Made by a program: the position numbers and the translations under genes. DNA of 64,000 nt from assembly GCA_964610155.1 (NCBI GenBank), contig CAZSUY010000007.1, positions 15,376 to 79,375 on the forward strand. Reading direction: 5' to 3'. The notes below the pieces were generated by a model. That model ran no database searches. It saw only the letters and a program-made list of their open reading frames with translations, and was not told the origin of the DNA. This DNA comes from an uncultured Demequinaceae bacterium (GTDB lineage Bacteria > Actinomycetota > Actinomycetes > Actinomycetales > Demequinaceae). Of the stretch, positions 60,813 through 64,000 are shown piece by piece; the stretch's first letter is position 1; every line of letters starts with the position of its first letter.

Positions 60813-61069
60813 CTCCGGGCAAAACCTCCGTTCTCGGGTGGCTAAGGCGCCCGCGCTTCTTTCTGAACCGATCCTTGACGTACGGGCAAGAGTATAGGGC
60901 CGAGCGAGGCAGGAGAACTGCGAAAATCGTCGGTGGTGTAATGATGGCGATTGGCGCAGCGGGGTTGTTCGCCGATCAACCGAGCATCTCCTGGCTCCTC
61001 ATCATCACGGGCGCTATCGTCCTCCTCGTCGCTGTATGTTGGCCAAGAACGGCTAACCTCTCCGGATTG

Positions 61070-61228
61070 CGCGGCGGCCAGGTTCTCAACCTTCTTCGAG
61101 AAAGCGTTCGTGAGGCGAGAGAACCGACGCATTCCCATCCTCATGGTGAGGTTCTGTCGTTCGACATGGGAGGTCGAGACGATCGCCAAGTCGGGGTGCC
61201 CAGTAATGGGACGGATTTCTACACCTGT
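61070..61228 (-). pseudogene. IS1-family transposase internal fragment (remnant)
   Basis: The frame is open from 61270. It reads ...[48 protein letters not shown]. This matches the conserved ...ITGNPD...[34 protein letters not shown] block I recall from actinobacterial IS1-family transposases. No N-terminal DDE region, no distal C-terminus and no inverted repeats were seen. Confidence 0.55.
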
Positions 61229-61283
61229 GCCACTACCAACCAGCGGTCTGGCTATATGGCAGCGCTTCGACTACCGTGCCACC

Positions 61284-61658
61284 GTGGGCGAAACACTGGC
61301 GTATGTTGCGGCTGGGCTCGTCTGTCTCTGGGGCGTGATGCACGCCGTTCCAACCGGAAGGGTCGTCGCTGGATTCGAACCTATCACCGCAGACAACCGT
61401 CGGGTCCTCCTTCAGGAGTGGCTCGCGGAGGCCTTCACGATGTGGGGGGTCGCGGCACTGGTCATCGGCGTCACGATCATCGGTCCAGAGGGTGCGGATG
61501 CGGTCGAGTGGACGTATCGCGCAAGCGCTGGCCTTCTCCTCGCGCTCGCGGTGCTGACGACCTTCACCGGCGCTCGTACTCCAACGATCTGGTTCAAGCT
61601 CTGCCCGGTCGTCAAGATCACGACGGCGACGCTCCTCGTCGTCGCGAGCGTCCTGTAG
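61284..61658 (+). CDS. small integral membrane protein, unknown function
   Basis: Hydrophobic segments (TLAYVAAGLVCLWGVM, AFTMWGVAALVIGVTII, SAGLLLALAVLTTF, ITTATLLVVASVL). The start is uncertain: GTG 61284, or ATG 61206 which would overlap the IS remnant. Confidence 0.5.
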   Translation: MGETLAYVAAGLVCLWGVMHAVPTGRVVAGFEPITADNRRVLLQEWLAEAFTMWGVAALVIGVTIIGPEGADAVEWTYRASAGLLLALAVLTTFTGARTPTIWFKLCPVVKITTATLLVVASVL

Positions 61659-61667
61659 AACGCTGGG

Positions 61668-62048
61668 ATGAGGAAGGGAAACATGGGACTGAACCGGAGA
61701 GACGCCGGGGCGACCGCGCTCGTGGCGGTGATCGGAGTGCTGGCCTGGGCGTACTTCACCGATCGAGGCTGGCCCTTGGTTTCCGGGCCTCGGGTGCTCG
61801 CCGTTCTGGCGTTCATCCTCGCCGTGATGGCGACTGCGATCTCCTCCAGGACCATACACAAGAAGCTCGAAGACCTGACGATGGCGGAGCGACTCGTCCG
61901 CCTCCGTACGCTAGGGGGCTCCATCCTCATGTTGTGGGCGGCCATCACCGGCGACGAGGTTGTCCTGGGTTTGCTGATCAGCCTCATCGGGGTGGTGTGG
62001 CTGAGCTCCACCATCCAGCACACGTTCGGCAAGCGACCCGCGGCCTAG
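61668..62048 (+). CDS. small integral membrane protein, unknown function
   Basis: 126 aa with four hydrophobic segments (ATALVAVIGVLAWAYF, VLAVLAFILAVMATAI, LGGSILMLWAAI, VVLGLLISLIGVVWL). It begins 10 nt after the previous gene. Confidence 0.5.
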   Translation: MRKGNMGLNRRDAGATALVAVIGVLAWAYFTDRGWPLVSGPRVLAVLAFILAVMATAISSRTIHKKLEDLTMAERLVRLRTLGGSILMLWAAITGDEVVLGLLISLIGVVWLSSTIQHTFGKRPAA

Positions 62049-62061
62049 TCCCGAGAGGCGA

Positions 62062-62514
62062 TTAGGCCTCCGTCCACACCAAGCGTTCCCCTTCGTCGGT
62101 GACCCCTTCCCCGAAGGAGACCTTCCTCCACGGCCAGGGACCCACCGAATATGGAGCGAACACGGCGATCGCCGGACCGTCTCGGTGTTCGAGCGAAAAG
62201 CGAATCGCGTCGGATCCTAGGGCGTCGACCGCTACATCCTCGACTAGGACTACGGCCTTGAGGGAGTCCCGGTCCTTGCGCAGGCCGTCGACAAGCGTGC
62301 CCCGGGCAACCAGGGCGAGGGAGGCCGCCCCCTCGGGCGCGGATCCGACAAACCGAGTCTCACCCGAGTTCTCAAGGGCTGCCCCGAAGGGCACCAGACG
62401 GCGGAATCGGGCAATGGTCTGCAGCGCGAAAGGCTCGACGCTCCCGAAAAGGACGTCCAGGTCCTCCCGCACTGCCTGCGGGACTCCATCCCTCCACGAG
62501 GCCGTCACGGCCAA
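62062..62514 (-). CDS. hypothetical protein
   Basis: 150-aa ORF directly downstream of dnaE2 (24-nt spacer). It has ordinary amino-acid composition and I recognise no motif. Confidence 0.45.
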   Translation of the reverse strand: MAVTASWRDGVPQAVREDLDVLFGSVEPFALQTIARFRRLVPFGAALENSGETRFVGSAPEGAASLALVARGTLVDGLRKDRDSLKAVVLVEDVAVDALGSDAIRFSLEHRDGPAIAVFAPYSVGPWPWRKVSFGEGVTDEGERLVWTEA

Positions 62515-62538
62515 AGTATGGCATGAGGCAGGGCCGCC

Positions 62539-64000
62539 CTACCGAAAGTCCCTGGACCGCGCCGGCACCTTGAGGCCGAGTGGCGAGATGTGGTCGGCCA
62601 TAAGGTTGGTTGCCCCATCGGCGCGCTCAATCCTTCCCCGCACAATGAGTGCGGATGAGCGCCGGGCGATCAACCGGTACCGCCCCCACACCCCCGCCGA
62701 GCAGATTACATTGAGGACCCCTGTCTCGTCCTCGAGTGAAAGGAACGTCACCCCGTGACCCGTGGGGGGGCGCTGACGGTGGGTAACGACTCCCGCGACC
62801 CTCACCCGACGCTCGGCCTCGTGGGTGAGGACGTCGGAGACCCGGAGGACCCCCTCGGCATCGAGCCTTTCCCGAACAAACACGGTCGGGTAGGAATCCG
62901 TGGACACCCCCGACGCCCAGACGTCCGCGACCGCCAACTCGACGTCGCTCATACCGGGCAGGGTGGGCGCCTCGACCCCGACCGCGACCCTCGGGAGCGT
63001 GTCCGGGCCTTCCAACGCCAACGCCCCGGACGCCCACAGCCCCTCCCTCCGCGTCACCCCGAGGGCCTCCAGGGCCCCCGCCGTCGCCAGCCCCTCCCAT
63101 TGGACGACCGTCAGTCCCCGTTCCGCGGCGAAGCCCAACTCCCCCGCCGGGCTGGCGGGCCGAATCCGCACCCGCCGGGCCGCGTCCCTGAGATCGAGGA
63201 ACGGCTCCGACTCCCGTGCTGCGACGATCGCGGCGGCCGCATCCTCCCCGATGCCCCGCACCGAGGCCAGGCCCATCCGGACCGCAAACGTCGGGTTGAC
63301 GTCGACCAGGGCCACGAGGTCGTCCCTCCGATCCGCCGGAGGCCTCGTGGGCGCCTCCAACCTCTCCACCGTGATTTTCTCAACCGTGGCCTCAACCCCA
63401 GACCGGGCGAGGCAGGGCCGGAGCACCGTCACCCCGTGCCGCCTGGCATCGGCCACCAGAGACTGTGGGGAGTAGAAGCCCATGGGCTGGGCGGCCAGCA
63501 GGCCCGCGTAGAAGGCCGCGGGGTGGTGAACCTTGAGCCAAGCGGAGGCGTAGACGAGGTAGGCGAAGGAGAACGAGTGGGACTCCGGGAATCCGAAGCC
63601 CACGAATCCCAGGAGCTGCTCGAAGACCTTCTCCGCGACCTCCCCCTCGATCCCCTTCCCCTCCATCCCCTCCATGACCCTGCCCCTGAGCGCCTCCATG
63701 CGCTGCAGGCTGCGCTTGGAGCCCATCGCCCGCCGCAACTGATCGGCCTCCGAACCGTCGAATCCCGCCGCGTCCATGACGATCTGCATTAATTGCTCCT
63801 GGAAGATCGGTACCCCGAGGGTCTTGGAGAGGGCGGGCTTGAGCAGGGGGTGGAGGTAGGTGACCTTCTCCCGACCCCGGGCACGGTTGATGTAGGGATG
63901 CACCGAGCGCCCCTGGATGGGGCCGGGCCTGATGAGGGCGACCTCGACGACGATGTCGTAGAACTTCCGAGGCTGGAGCCGGGGCAGGGTCGCCATCTGG
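62539..64000 (-). CDS. dnaE2: error-prone DNA polymerase III alpha subunit DnaE2 (ImuC), C-terminal part; gene continues beyond the right edge
   Basis: Motifs ...VALIRPGPIQG...LGVPIFQEQLMQI...GFGFPESHSFSFA... followed by an OB-fold. It ends ...LKVPARSRDFR, the short C-terminus typical of DnaE2 rather than replicative DnaE1. The frame is open to position 64000. Confidence 0.85.
   Translation of the reverse strand, partial: QMATLPRLQPRKFYDIVVEVALIRPGPIQGRSVHPYINRARGREKVTYLHPLLKPALSKTLGVPIFQEQLMQIVMDAAGFDGSEADQLRRAMGSKRSLQRMEALRGRVMEGMEGKGIEGEVAEKVFEQLLGFVGFGFPESHSFSFAYLVYASAWLKVHHPAAFYAGLLAAQPMGFYSPQSLVADARRHGVTVLRPCLARSGVEATVEKITVERLEAPTRPPADRRDDLVALVDVNPTFAVRMGLASVRGIGEDAAAAIVAARESEPFLDLRDAARRVRIRPASPAGELGFAAERGLTVVQWEGLATAGALEALGVTRREGLWASGALALEGPDTLPRVAVGVEAPTLPGMSDVELAVADVWASGVSTDSYPTVFVRERLDAEGVLRVSDVLTHEAERRVRVAGVVTHRQRPPTGHGVTFLSLEDETGVLNVICSAGVWGRYRLIARRSSALIVRGRIERADGATNLMADHISPLGLKVPARSRDFR

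Noticed and set aside
58890-60845. 651-aa plus-strand ORF, the longest non-annotated ORF in the track
   Set aside because: It lies entirely antisense to the well-supported ACAD gene. Its translation is Arg/Gly/Ala/Pro-rich low complexity with no motif. This is a typical shadow ORF of high-GC DNA.
60875-62065. 396-aa plus-strand ORF across the accessory region
   Set aside because: Only the first ~60 codons look like a real membrane hairpin. The remainder is Arg/Gly-rich and overlaps better-supported genes in other frames. I treated it as a run-on through decayed sequence, not a gene.

Overview
This 64-kb window is a gene-dense piece of a high-G+C actinobacterial (Actinomycetota) chromosome. 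About 55 protein genes and 2 tRNA genes are supportable, most on the minus strand and many joined by 4- or 8-nt start/stop overlaps. The backbone is the conserved actinobacterial core. Reading minus-strand genes from right to left it runs: dnaE2 (partial); three orphan genes; then trmI, arc/mpa, dop, pup, pafA, an FKBP lipoprotein, hisF, hisI, trpE, trpC, trpB, trpA, lgt, gltB, gltD, pyk; then pdtaR, polA, pfkA, rpsA, coaE, uvrB, a TerC-family gene, uvrA, uvrC, rapZ, a yvcK-like gene, whiA and gap (partial). A block of housekeeping genes lies between trmI and a tRNA-Leu: an M50 protease, a RecB-like nuclease, a HAD hydrolase, a PAC2 protein, uppP, an aldo/keto reductase, an M20 peptidase and an ABC-2 exporter. 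Four stretches look accessory. (1) Two tandem paralogous lipoproteins of unknown family lie between polA and pdtaR. (2) Between pdtaR and pyk sit a perfectly folding 74-nt tRNA with Leu anticodon CAA but a short class-I variable loop, a PD40/TolB-like lipoprotein whose 5' end is broken by a 1-nt frameshift in a G5 run, and ppdK. (3) A visibly more GC-rich operon encodes a 697-aa acyl-CoA dehydrogenase, an ETF-QO-like FixC/FixX fusion and a divergent EtfB/EtfA pair. It is bracketed by tRNA-Leu(GAG) and an IS1-family transposase remnant. (4) A decayed region with small membrane proteins lies next to dnaE2. The pupylation locus (arc-dop-pup-pafA) contains no 20S proteasome genes, Pup ends in GGE, and the ARC ATPase lacks a GQYL-type tail. 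A perfect LexA box sits upstream of uvrA. I saw no CRISPR array, rRNA gene, intact mobile element or recognisable defence system. All calls come from reading translations and folding by hand; no database search was possible.
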